Shown piece by piece: positions 17,508-26,900 of a stretch of 62,437 bases of DNA. How positions within the stretch are numbered: position 1 is the first letter of the stretch; every line of letters begins with the position of its first letter. Below the pieces are notes generated by a model. It was not told where the DNA came from. It saw nothing but the letters and a program-made list of their open reading frames with translations, and searched no databases. This DNA comes from Candidatus Saccharimonadales bacterium (lineage in GTDB: Bacteria > Patescibacteriota > Saccharimonadia > Saccharimonadales > 2-12-FULL-41-12): NCBI GenBank assembly GCA_036278875.1, contig DASUKF010000021.1:1-62437 (forward strand). Reading direction: 5' to 3'. The translations under genes and the position numbers were made by a program.

Positions 17508-17516
17508 CACTGCTGG

Positions 17517-17545
17517 TTGACAAAATACGAACAATCCATTGTAAT
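17517..17545 (+). promoter_or_regulatory. Candidate promoter: consensus TTGACA, 17 nt spacer, TGTAAT, 7 nt before ATG at 17553
   Basis: -35 at 17517-17522 and -10 at 17540-17545. No SD. Confidence 0.45.
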
Positions 17546-17552
17546 ATAGAAT

Positions 17553-18017
17553 ATGGATTTTACCGAGCTTGGCTTGGTTCGGATAGAGGCCAAAGATAAA
17601 GAAGGGGAAGTGCTGGGCCATGCTTTAGCGCTAGGACAATCATTTTCTGAGCTCATGCATGAGCAAGGCTTTGAGCTTCCGGACTCCGTAGAAAAATTGA
17701 TGAAATTCACTGTTGAAACAGTTATAGCACCTACCCAGGACGTACGAAAAGAAGTATTAGAAAGGTTTAAAGGAGCAGAAGTCGATACCACACCGCGTGA
17801 TATAGATGAAGAGGATTTGCCGGCTCTGCTCACAGGACTTTCACTCATGGAGAGTTTCTCTAAGCTGCAATTTAAAGACAGACTTGCCAATGCAAGCATA
17901 GCCGGGCGGAATGGCAGGGCTGCTTTTATTGATCACGCTCCGCAGGCCCAAAGATACCGTAGCAGAATAATTCAAGCCGTTAACGAAGATAAGCTTAGAG
18001 CATTCGGTCTGGATTAG
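17553..18017 (+). CDS. Hypothetical acidic protein between tig and clpP
   Basis: 154 aa ORF with its own promoter-like signal. No recognisable family. Confidence 0.55.
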   Translation: MDFTELGLVRIEAKDKEGEVLGHALALGQSFSELMHEQGFELPDSVEKLMKFTVETVIAPTQDVRKEVLERFKGAEVDTTPRDIDEEDLPALLTGLSLMESFSKLQFKDRLANASIAGRNGRAAFIDHAPQAQRYRSRIIQAVNEDKLRAFGLD

Positions 18018-18040
18018 CACTCTAGCTTGACGAGTGCTAA
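18014..18040 (+). promoter_or_regulatory. CIRCE element (HrcA operator), perfect consensus TTAGCACTC-N9-GAGTGCTAA
   Basis: TTAGCACTC at 18014-18022, a 9 nt spacer, and GAGTGCTAA at 18032-18040. It overlaps the -35 of the clpP promoter. Confidence 0.85.
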
Positions 18041-18055
18041 TTGGTCATGTAAAAT
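18027..18055 (+). promoter_or_regulatory. Candidate clpP promoter: TTGACG, 17 nt spacer, TAAAAT, 7 nt before the ATG
   Basis: -35 at 18027-18032 and -10 at 18050-18055. ATG at 18063. No SD. Confidence 0.55.
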
Positions 18056-18062
18056 CATAGCC

Positions 18063-18680
18063 ATGAGCAATCCGAAAAACGTATTGATACCAACCGTAAT
18101 CGAGCAGGAAGGACGCATTGAGCGAGCCTATGATATTTACTCGCGTCTGCTCAAGGACAATATTATATTCCTGGGAACTGATGTAAATGAGCACACCGCT
18201 AATCTAGTAGTCGCCCAGCTTCTTTTCCTGGCTAATGAGAACCCGAACAAAGATATAAAACTGTATATTAATAGCCCCGGCGGCAGCGTCTACGATGCCC
18301 TGGCTATCTATGACACCATGCAGTATGTGAAGAACGACATTCAGACAGTCGGTATAGGCGTGCAGGCCAGCGCAGCCGCATTCCTTCTTAGCAGCGGTAC
18401 ACGAGGCAAGCGCTCCCTGCTGCAACATGCGACCGTTATGATTCACCAGCCTTCCAGCGGTACCCGCGGCAAGGTTACCGACCAGGAAATCGACCTGCGC
18501 GAAGCTCTGAGAGTAAAGAAACTGTTAGAAGAAATCATGGTCAAGAACACCGGTCAGAAGGCTGATAAGATACATCACGACATGGAACGCGACTTCTGGA
18601 TGACGGCCGACGAAGCCAAGAAATACGGCCTGGTTGACGAAATCATCACCACGACTCCCACGGCACGATCCAAAAAATAA
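18063..18680 (+). CDS. clpP: ATP-dependent Clp protease proteolytic subunit
   Basis: [38 protein letters not shown]. Catalytic Ser region [11 protein letters not shown], His in MIHQPS, Asp in ERDFWM. The TTG at 18027 in the ORF track is the -35 box. Confidence 0.93.
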   Translation: MSNPKNVLIPTVIEQEGRIERAYDIYSRLLKDNIIFLGTDVNEHTANLVVAQLLFLANENPNKDIKLYINSPGGSVYDALAIYDTMQYVKNDIQTVGIGVQASAAAFLLSSGTRGKRSLLQHATVMIHQPSSGTRGKVTDQEIDLREALRVKKLLEEIMVKNTGQKADKIHHDMERDFWMTADEAKKYGLVDEIITTTPTARSKK

Positions 18681-18762
18681 TTCATTACAATAAAATCCTA
18701 ATGCTTGCAAATTAATACTCTTGATGATATTGTCCCTATCAAATTAATGGAGTTAATGATAG

Positions 18763-20136
18763 ATGACTGATTTGGGCCCTGGCGAAGTAATGAAACGATT
18801 TGAGGGTGATTTGCAGGGGCGAGCTGAATGGACGGAGGAATGTCTGGCAGATGTAGCAGAAACTGCCAGGGCACTTGAAAGCGCGCAGACGGTTTTCGAT
18901 CAGGCAACCGAAAGATTCGGCTTTGCAATAAGCTCCCGGGACTCTACCAGAAACTTAGTAATTTCAGCGCTGGAAGCTACTGACTCTGAGCCCGGGGACG
19001 AAGAACTTTGTTCCGCCCTTATGAGCGTTAAAGGGAAGTCTGAAGAAGAGATAAAAGCCTACTTTGCGCATTTAGGCGGGTTAGCCGAAACAGAACAACC
19101 TGTTGTTATTGTAAAAAGCGCGGGAGAATTGGCTACCCCTAGCATTGTGGCTGTAGTTTATGGTCAAACTGTGGCAGGTGAAGATGGCCATGCCGGTCTT
19201 ACGAAGATAGGGCAAGAGGGAAGCAGAAGCCTTCAAATTCCATTAAAACGAAAAATAGGATTCGGATCTAGAGGACTTAATGATTCTACAGGAAGAGGCG
19301 GGAATGATGTATTTACCGGTCTTGAAGGAAACCAGGATATAGAAACGGTGTCGGCAAATCCTGGCTATCCTTTTGAAGAGGTACATTTTGCCGCTTCTGC
19401 AAGAGAGGTTGAAGAAGTTGCAGAAATGGTAAAAGAGTCCGACGCCAGAGAATTGTCCGATGGAGATGCATTAAAAGAATTCAGCTTGCCCACGTTAGTG
19501 GCATACGGAGAAGACGCTGTTAGAGCTGTTACCTGGCGGATAGCGAAAATGGGCGAAACTCATAATCTTTTTGCCAGAAGATCAATAGAAGAAATCGGTT
19601 TGCCTCCGCTGGGCGGGGAAGCTTTAGCCGATGTTGAAATTTCCGATGAATTAGCAAAGAATTTAAGGCTGCAGTTCTACCGGGCTATTTCAAGTTTTAT
19701 GAATGAAAGGTATTCTACGGTTAGCCGGGGGGATAGGGTTGCCGGTCCGCTGGAATTCCTGGCGCCGCTGCTGGATAAAGTCGGCTTAAGCGAAGTGGCA
19801 GTGGCTGATGAGCTAAAACATAGTCTTGACAGGGGATTGGAAGTTAAGAGAAATTCCAAGGGTAACTATGCTGCTTGGACACGGCGAGGCCCCAGGGCTA
19901 CACATGATATGGAATTAGCTGCTAAGAAGCTTGCGGAATTCGGGATAGCCATTTCTCCGGATAGCGATGCCGTCAAAAGAGCCGGGTACGAGCTGGAAAT
20001 TAATGCGTTGGATTCAAAATTAAGGCACGGGACCTTGCCATTGATTGATCCGCTTATAAGGCATAGGCTCAAAAGGGATTTGCGCGAGATGAGACTTGCC
20101 GCTCTTCCTCTAGATGCAGGCGAGCCGAAACAGTAG
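18763..20136 (+). CDS. Hypothetical protein (457 aa) between clpP and rpoB
   Basis: Long uninterrupted ORF with GGAG about 10 nt upstream. No Walker or other recognisable motifs. Confidence 0.6.
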   Translation: MTDLGPGEVMKRFEGDLQGRAEWTEECLADVAETARALESAQTVFDQATERFGFAISSRDSTRNLVISALEATDSEPGDEELCSALMSVKGKSEEEIKAYFAHLGGLAETEQPVVIVKSAGELATPSIVAVVYGQTVAGEDGHAGLTKIGQEGSRSLQIPLKRKIGFGSRGLNDSTGRGGNDVFTGLEGNQDIETVSANPGYPFEEVHFAASAREVEEVAEMVKESDARELSDGDALKEFSLPTLVAYGEDAVRAVTWRIAKMGETHNLFARRSIEEIGLPPLGGEALADVEISDELAKNLRLQFYRAISSFMNERYSTVSRGDRVAGPLEFLAPLLDKVGLSEVAVADELKHSLDRGLEVKRNSKGNYAAWTRRGPRATHDMELAAKKLAEFGIAISPDSDAVKRAGYELEINALDSKLRHGTLPLIDPLIRHRLKRDLREMRLAALPLDAGEPKQ

Positions 20137-20165
20137 TTGACATAAAGTTTTGAGTTAGCTAAACT
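20137..20165 (+). promoter_or_regulatory. Candidate rpoB promoter: consensus TTGACA, 17 nt spacer, TAAACT, giving a ~200 nt 5' UTR
   Basis: -35 at 20137-20142, immediately after the stop of the upstream ORF. -10 at 20160-20165. Confidence 0.4.
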
Positions 20166-20379
20166 GATAGATAAGAAGTAGTGGTCGGCACTATTGTATT
20201 GTCTCAAAAATCCAGACGGTAACGATAGCGATGTCGCAGTAATCTTCGGCGCTAACAGATTAAACACTAGGAATGATCCGAAAAACGAAACGGATTATCA
20301 CAAAAAGGGCGTATATTACAAGGTAATACGCCTGATAACTTATAAGGTCAATTAAATAGGGAGTTATCGGCTACAATTT

Positions 20380-23300
20380 ATGGCAAAGACGGCTAGCACT
20401 AAGAAAAAAGAAACTAATAAAACTAAAAACGGTCGAGTATATTTCAGCGATGTGTCTACCGCGGTAGACCTGCCTAACCTGGTTGATCACCAGAGCCGTT
20501 CCTGGCAATGGTTCGTAGACGAAGGCCTGGGCGAGCTGTTGGCTGAAATAAGCCCGATAGAAGATTACACCGGCACCAAACTTTCCTTGAGCTTCAAGAA
20601 ATACCACTTTGAAAATCCGAAGATGACCGAGGACGAGGCCCGCGAAAACAACGTGAGCTATGAAGCTCCGCTGAAAGCACAGGTAGTCCTAAGCAACAAA
20701 GTTACCGGCGAAGTCAAGGAACATGAGATTTATCTGGGTGATTTCCCATGGATGACCACCCGGGGTACTTTCGTGATAAACGGTGCCGAGCGCGTAGTGG
20801 TAAGCCAGCTTATCCGCTCCGCCGGCGTATTCTTTACCAGCGAACAGGCCGGTACGGGCAATCTGTATGGTGCCAAGGTCATTCCGGGCCGCGGCGCATG
20901 GCTCGAGTTTGAAACTGCCGCCAATACCGCACTTTTCGTGAAAATTGACAGGAAGCGCAAGATTCCGGTTACTACCCTGCTCAGGGCTCTTGGCATGTCC
21001 GAAGCCGAGATGAAAGACGCGTTCAAGCATGTGGACCAGGGAGAAGTAAGCTATCTTGATTCCACTTTGGATAAAGATCCTTCCAAGACGTCATCCGAAG
21101 CATTGATAGAAGTTTACAGACGTCTTAGGCCCGGTGATCTGGCCACGGTGGATAACGCGCGAAGCCTACTTGAGAATATGTTTTATAATTTCAAACGATT
21201 TGATTTCAGCCGTGTCGGACGCTACAAGATAAACAAAAGATTAGACCTTAGCAACGTGCCGAATACCACGGAGAACCGCGTGATGCGGCTCGAGGACCTG
21301 ATAGCTATAATCAGCGAGATAATCCGTCTGAACAATACACAGGAACCGGCCGATGATATCGACAGTCTGGCCAACCGGCGCGTCAAACTTGTAGGCGAGC
21401 TGGTCCAGAGGCAGTTCCGCATAGGCTTACTGCGCATGGAGCGCAATACCAAGGACCGCATGAGCATGAGTGAGATAGAAACTGTTACGCCGGGGCAGCT
21501 TATAAATGCCCGTCCGGTCGTAGCCGCAGTGCGTGAATTCTTTGCAAGCTCTCAGTTAAGCCAATTCATGGATCAGATAAATCCTGTCAGCGAACTTGCG
21601 CATAAAAGGCGCTTGAGCTCTATGGGCCCGGGCGGTTTGAGTCGCGAGCGCGCTGGCTTCGAAGTCCGCGATGCGCATTCTACGCATTACGGACGTATCT
21701 GTGCCGTGGAAACCCCCGAAGGCGCCAATATCGGCCTGGTGCTGAATCTGGCCAATTATGCACGTATAAATGAATACGGTTTCATTGAGACGCCTTATCG
21801 TAAAGTCATAAACGCCGTTACGGCTAAGGACGCGGTAGGCCATATCGCCAGGGTCAACCTGGAAGATGAAAAGGGCAAGGTCGTAGTCAAGGCCGGAGCT
21901 AAGATAACCGCCGCCGATGCCAAGAAGCTTGCCGCCAATAAAAACCAGAAGACATGGCCGGTAAAATCTCGCGTTACTGATAAGATTGAATACCTTGATG
22001 CCGCAGAGGAAGACAAAGCTGTGGTAGCCGGCGCCGGAAACGGTGTAGGCTCTGACGGCTATTTTATCGAGGAAAGGGTTGCCGCCCGTGTCCGGCTTCA
22101 GGTCGGTGAGACCGATGCCGGTGACGTAACCCACATGGATGCCAGCAACAACCAGATAATCGGTTCTATTGCCGGATTGATTCCTTTCGTTGAAAGAGAC
22201 CGTGTTGACCGCGCTTTGGTAGGTTCCAACCAGCAGAAACAGGCCGTGCCTCTTGTAAGGCCGAAGGCCCCTATCATAGGGACGGGCCTGGAAACTTCCA
22301 TTGCCCAGAACAGCGGCCAGGTCGTCTATGCCGAAGAAGCCGGAGAAGTCGTCAAGGCATCGGCTGACGAGGTAGTTGTGAGTTATAAGACCAGGAAAAA
22401 AGTCACTTACAAACCGATGCATTTCGTACGCAGCAATGAAGGCACGTGCATAAACCAGCGCGTAGTCGTTGCCGCAGGTCAGAAAGTCAAGGCCGGCGAT
22501 GTGCTTGTAGAAGGCATGTCTATAGAGAATGGCGAATTGGCACTGGGCCGCGACCTGCGCGTAGCATTCATGCCGTGGGGCGGTTATAACTTTGAAGATG
22601 CCATAGTCATATCCCGCCGTCTGGTAGAAGATGATTCACTTACCAGCATTCATATAGTCGACTACATGACAGAGGTGCGCGAGACCAAACTGGGGCCGGA
22701 AATCGTCACTGGCGACATTCCGAACGTATCAGAGGATGCTCTGCGTCACCTTGACGAAGAAGGTATCGTACGCATCGGCGCCGAAGTCCACCCGGGGGAC
22801 ATACTGGTGGGTAAGATTACGCCGAAGGGCGAACAGGAACTTTCCAGCGAAGAAAGACTGCTTCGCGCTATATTTGGCGAAAAGGCCAAAGAAGTTCGCG
22901 ACACTTCCCAGCGTATGAGCAACGGCAAGCATGGCAAGGTCGTAGGCGTGAAAATATTTTCACGCGACAACGGCCACGAGCTGAAAGCCGGAGTTATAAA
23001 ACAGATTCAGGTATTCGTGGCACAGATGCGAAAAGTCCAGGTCGGCGATAAGCTGGCCGGGCGGCACGGTAACAAAGGTGTCATAGCCAGGATATTGCCT
23101 GCTGAAGACATGCCGTTCTCCGAAGACGGAGTACCGGTTGATATCGTATTGAACCCGATGGGCGTGCCCTCGCGAATGAACCTGGGGCAATTGTTTGAAA
23201 CCCACTTGGGCATGGCTGCAAGAATACTAGGTTTCAAAATTGCCACGCCGTCGTTCAATGGCGTGCCTGTAGACAAGATAAAAGAACTTTTGAAAGAAGC

Positions 23301-23970
23301 CGGCCTGTCTGATGATGGAAAACTGCAGTTATACGATGGCCGAACCGGCGAAGCCTTTAAGGAAAAAAGCGTGGTAGGAAACATGTATGTACTCAAACTG
23401 ACCCATATGGTCACTGATAAGATTCATGCACGCTCCACCGGCCCGTACACTATGGTCACGCAACAGCCGCTGGGCGGCAAGGCGCAGAATGGCGGCCAGA
23501 GGTTCGGAGAGATGGAAGTCTGGGCCCTGGAAGCATACGGAGCATCCAATACGCTTCAGGAAATGCTGACTATCAAGTCCGATGACGTATACGGTCGAAG
23601 CAAGGCCTATGAATCTATAATCAAGCAGACCGACATAGTCGGGCCTAAAGTACCGGAAAGCTTCAACGTGCTTGTCAAGGAGCTTCAAGGCCTGGGACTA
23701 AAAGTTGACCTGATAGAGAGCGACAAAGTTGTCGATGCCGAAGATGTACTTGCCGAGAACATAAAGGGCGAAGCCGATGACCAGTCCGAAGTAGAAGTCC
23801 CCGACCCTAAGGCCAGCAATGTCGATGTCAGCGAAGACGCCACGGTCGATGAGTATATGGTTATGGAACTGGAAGACGATATACCTGCGACCACAGCTGT
23901 TACGGATGACGACAGCGCCGAAGAACAGGAAGAAGAGAAAATTGAAATCACGGAAGAGGGGGAAGCTTAG
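20380..23970 (+). CDS. rpoB: DNA-directed RNA polymerase beta subunit, with an acidic C-terminal tail
   Basis: 1196 aa with conserved blocks throughout: FVINGAERVVVSQL, SQLSQFMDQ.NP, GRHGNKGV, GGQRFGEMEVWALEAYGA. Confidence 0.97.
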   Translation: MAKTASTKKKETNKTKNGRVYFSDVSTAVDLPNLVDHQSRSWQWFVDEGLGELLAEISPIEDYTGTKLSLSFKKYHFENPKMTEDEARENNVSYEAPLKAQVVLSNKVTGEVKEHEIYLGDFPWMTTRGTFVINGAERVVVSQLIRSAGVFFTSEQAGTGNLYGAKVIPGRGAWLEFETAANTALFVKIDRKRKIPVTTLLRALGMSEAEMKDAFKHVDQGEVSYLDSTLDKDPSKTSSEALIEVYRRLRPGDLATVDNARSLLENMFYNFKRFDFSRVGRYKINKRLDLSNVPNTTENRVMRLEDLIAIISEIIRLNNTQEPADDIDSLANRRVKLVGELVQRQFRIGLLRMERNTKDRMSMSEIETVTPGQLINARPVVAAVREFFASSQLSQFMDQINPVSELAHKRRLSSMGPGGLSRERAGFEVRDAHSTHYGRICAVETPEGANIGLVLNLANYARINEYGFIETPYRKVINAVTAKDAVGHIARVNLEDEKGKVVVKAGAKITAADAKKLAANKNQKTWPVKSRVTDKIEYLDAAEEDKAVVAGAGNGVGSDGYFIEERVAARVRLQVGETDAGDVTHMDASNNQIIGSIAGLIPFVERDRVDRALVGSNQQKQAVPLVRPKAPIIGTGLETSIAQNSGQVVYAEEAGEVVKASADEVVVSYKTRKKVTYKPMHFVRSNEGTCINQRVVVAAGQKVKAGDVLVEGMSIENGELALGRDLRVAFMPWGGYNFEDAIVISRRLVEDDSLTSIHIVDYMTEVRETKLGPEIVTGDIPNVSEDALRHLDEEGIVRIGAEVHPGDILVGKITPKGEQELSSEERLLRAIFGEKAKEVRDTSQRMSNGKHGKVVGVKIFSRDNGHELKAGVIKQIQVFVAQMRKVQVGDKLAGRHGNKGVIARILPAEDMPFSEDGVPVDIVLNPMGVPSRMNLGQLFETHLGMAARILGFKIATPSFNGVPVDKIKELLKEAGLSDDGKLQLYDGRTGEAFKEKSVVGNMYVLKLTHMVTDKIHARSTGPYTMVTQQPLGGKAQNGGQRFGEMEVWALEAYGASNTLQEMLTIKSDDVYGRSKAYESIIKQTDIVGPKVPESFNVLVKELQGLGLKVDLIESDKVVDAEDVLAENIKGEADDQSEVEVPDPKASNVDVSEDATVDEYMVMELEDDIPATTAVTDDDSAEEQEEEKIEITEEGEA

Positions 23971-26900
23971 ATGATGCGCAGATATTCCAACGGAACTAAC
24001 ATAGCGGATTTTGATGCGGTACGACTGGCTGTTGCCAGCGCCGAAGATATATTGGACTGGAGCTATGGCGAAGTCACCAAGCCGGAAACCATCAACTACC
24101 GAACACAGAAACCTGAAAGAGACGGTCTTTTCTGCGAGCGTATATTCGGTCCTGCCAAGGACATAAATCCGCACGACGCAAAATATAAAGGCGTACGTTC
24201 CCGCGAAGCCGCCGTGGACAAGAACGGCGAGCTGGTAACCAAATCCATAGTTCGCCGCGAGAGGATGGGCCATATCAAACTGGCTTCTCCGGTAGCTCAC
24301 ATATGGTTTTTGCGCGGAACCCCAAGCGCTATCGGTCTGCTTCTGGGCATGACCGTGAAAAGCCTGGAGCGCGTGGCTTATTTTGCCAGCTATATCATCA
24401 TGTCCGTAGACACTGATAAGCGAGACAAGATACTTGCCGACAAAGAGGCGGAAGCCGCCGCGGCCCAGGAAGCTATAAAGGCTCGCTACGAAGCGGAAGC
24501 CAAGAAAGAAGACGCCAACGTCAAAGCTCTGGCTGAAGCTCAGACCAAAGAACTGGAAGAAGTGCAGACTGAGTTTGATGAATTCAAAGAAAATGTAATT
24601 AGGCTTGAAAAGCGCAATCTGCTCAGCGAGAACGATTACCGTGCTCTGCCGGATGAGTTGCAGAGCCTGGTTAGCGTAGGTATGGGCGGTTCTGCCCTGC
24701 AGGAACTTCTTAACGAGATAGATCTGGCCAAGCTGATAGACGACTTGACCTTAGAAGTCGAAGAGGCAAAAGGCCAGCGTAAAAAGAAGATAATGAAGCG
24801 CCTGCGCCTGCTTGAAAGCATGCACAAGGCTGATATCAAACCGACAAGCACGTGTTTGAGCGTACTGCCTGTAATTCCTCCGGATCTAAGGCCTATGGTG
24901 CAATTGACCGGCGGCCGGTTCGCTACCAGCGACCTTAACGACTTGTATCGCCGCGTTATTAACCGAAACAACCGCCTGAAGAAATTGATTGATTTGAACG
25001 CACCGGAAGTCATCCGCCGTAACGAGCAGCGTATGTTGCAGGAAGCCGTGGATGCGCTTATAGATAACAGCTCTACCAGGAGCGGACGTGCCGTCGCGGC
25101 TACCGGCCAGAGGAGGCGCCTGAAATCGCTTTCCGACATGCTCAAAGGCAAGCAGGGACGCTTCCGCCAGAATCTACTCGGCAAAAGAGTTGATTATTCC
25201 GGCCGCTCGGTAATCGTAGCCGGTCCGGAACTCAAGATGTACCAGTGCGGTCTGCCGAAGATGATGGCCCTGGAACTTTTCAAGCCGTTCGTTATCGGAC
25301 AGCTTATTCAAAAGGAGTTGGCTCATAACATCAGAAGCGCTACGCGTATGATAGAGATGAGCGAGAACGCGGTATGGGATGCCTTAGATGAAGTTATAAA
25401 GGACAAGTACGTGCTTTTGAACCGTGCGCCAAGCCTGCACCGGCTGAGTATCCAGGCTTTCAAGCCGGTACTTATTGAAGGTAAGGCCATACAGCTGCAT
25501 CCTCTGGTATGTAAAGGCTTCAATGCCGACTTCGACGGTGACCAGATGGCAGTTCACCTGCCGCTTAGCGAAAAGGCCCAGAAGGAAGCCCGCGAAATCA
25601 TGGCTGCTAACAAGAACCTGCTCAAGCCTGCCGACGGTTCCCCGATACTTCATATCGAACAGGATATAGTCCTCGGCTGTTACTACCTGACCTATGAAAG
25701 ACCGGGCAATGAACAGAAAGCCAGGTATTACGAAGACATAGCCGAAGCATCCATGGCTTTTGACGGAGGTATATTGAAGCTTCAGGACAAGGTGAATATC
25801 AGGTTCCGCGGCGAAAGGCGCGAGAGTACCTTCGGACGGTTCCTTTTCAACGAAATATTTCCCGATGATTTCCAGTTCCAGGACGAGGCGATGACCAAGA
25901 AAAAACTTGCCAGCGTTATGGCTCAGATATATCAGCAGTACGGCCAGACCCAGAGCGCCGAAATAGCCGATGATCTTAAGAGCCTCGGCTTTGAATATGC
26001 TACACGTTCCGGCCTGAGTATGGGCATGAGCGACTTCGTGGACGTAAAGAACCTTGACGTGGTATTGGACAAGGCTGAAACACGTGCTACCGCAGTGAGC
26101 GAACAGTACGACGAAGGTTTTATAACCGATGATGAACGCTACAGGTTGACGATTGAAACATGGACCGACGCCGATGCTGAGATTCAACAGGCTCTGACCA
26201 AGCAATTCAGCGGCGAGGACAACGCCATGTCACTGGCAGTTACCTCTGGAGCTAGAGGTTCAATCGTCCAGGTGAAACAGATAATCGGCTCCGTCGGTAT
26301 ACTTTCCGACGCCACCGGACGCGCTATGGAGCTGCCCGTCAGGAGCAACTACCGCGACGGTCTTGACCCGCTGGAATATTTCACCTCTACCAGGGGCGCC
26401 AGAAAGGGGCTTATCGATACCGCGCTTAAGACTGCCGACTCGGGTTACCTGACCCGAAGGCTGGTGGATGTCGCCCAGGATGTGTTTACTACCGACGAAG
26501 ATGCCGAAGACCCGGGCTTCGCGATGTATCGTTCCGATGCCAAAGAAATAGGAGTAAGCTATGCTTCGCGCTTAAGCGGACGCTATGCCGCTGAAAAAAT
26601 TGCCGACTATACCAAAAAAGGCGATCTGATAACGGTTGAAAAAGCCCAAAAGATAGATGCCGATGAAAGCCTGGACGGCGTCAAGATAATGAGCGTACTC
26701 AGCTACAGCGGCGTACGCGGCGTCAACCGCAAGAGCTACGGCCTCGACCCGGCCACCGGCGAACTTGTAGCCGACCATAGTCCTATAGGCGTGATAGCGG
26801 CCCAGAGTATCGGCGAGCCCGGTACCCAGCTGACGCTCCGTACTTTCCATAGCGGCGGCGTAGCCGCAGCAGATGACATAACGCAGGGTCTGCCGCGTGT

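Noticed and set aside
18027-18062. TTG at 18027 as the clpP start (the ORF-track start, adding [12 protein letters not shown]).
   Set aside because: This TTG is the first triplet of a TTGACG -35 box inside the CIRCE element. ClpP homology begins at [15 protein letters not shown] (ATG 18063).
20137-20379. A hidden tRNA or small structured RNA gene in the rpoB upstream spacer. The same question applies to 40132-40274 upstream of rpsJ.
   Set aside because: No cloverleaf, T-loop (GTTCRANYC) or other diagnostic motif could be found by eye. Only short generic hairpins are present.
21556-26205. Long minus-strand ORFs inside rpoB and rpoC (21556-22422, 23698-24300, 25384-26205).
   Set aside because: They are antisense shadows of rpoB and rpoC. 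They have no start signals and no recognisable motifs.
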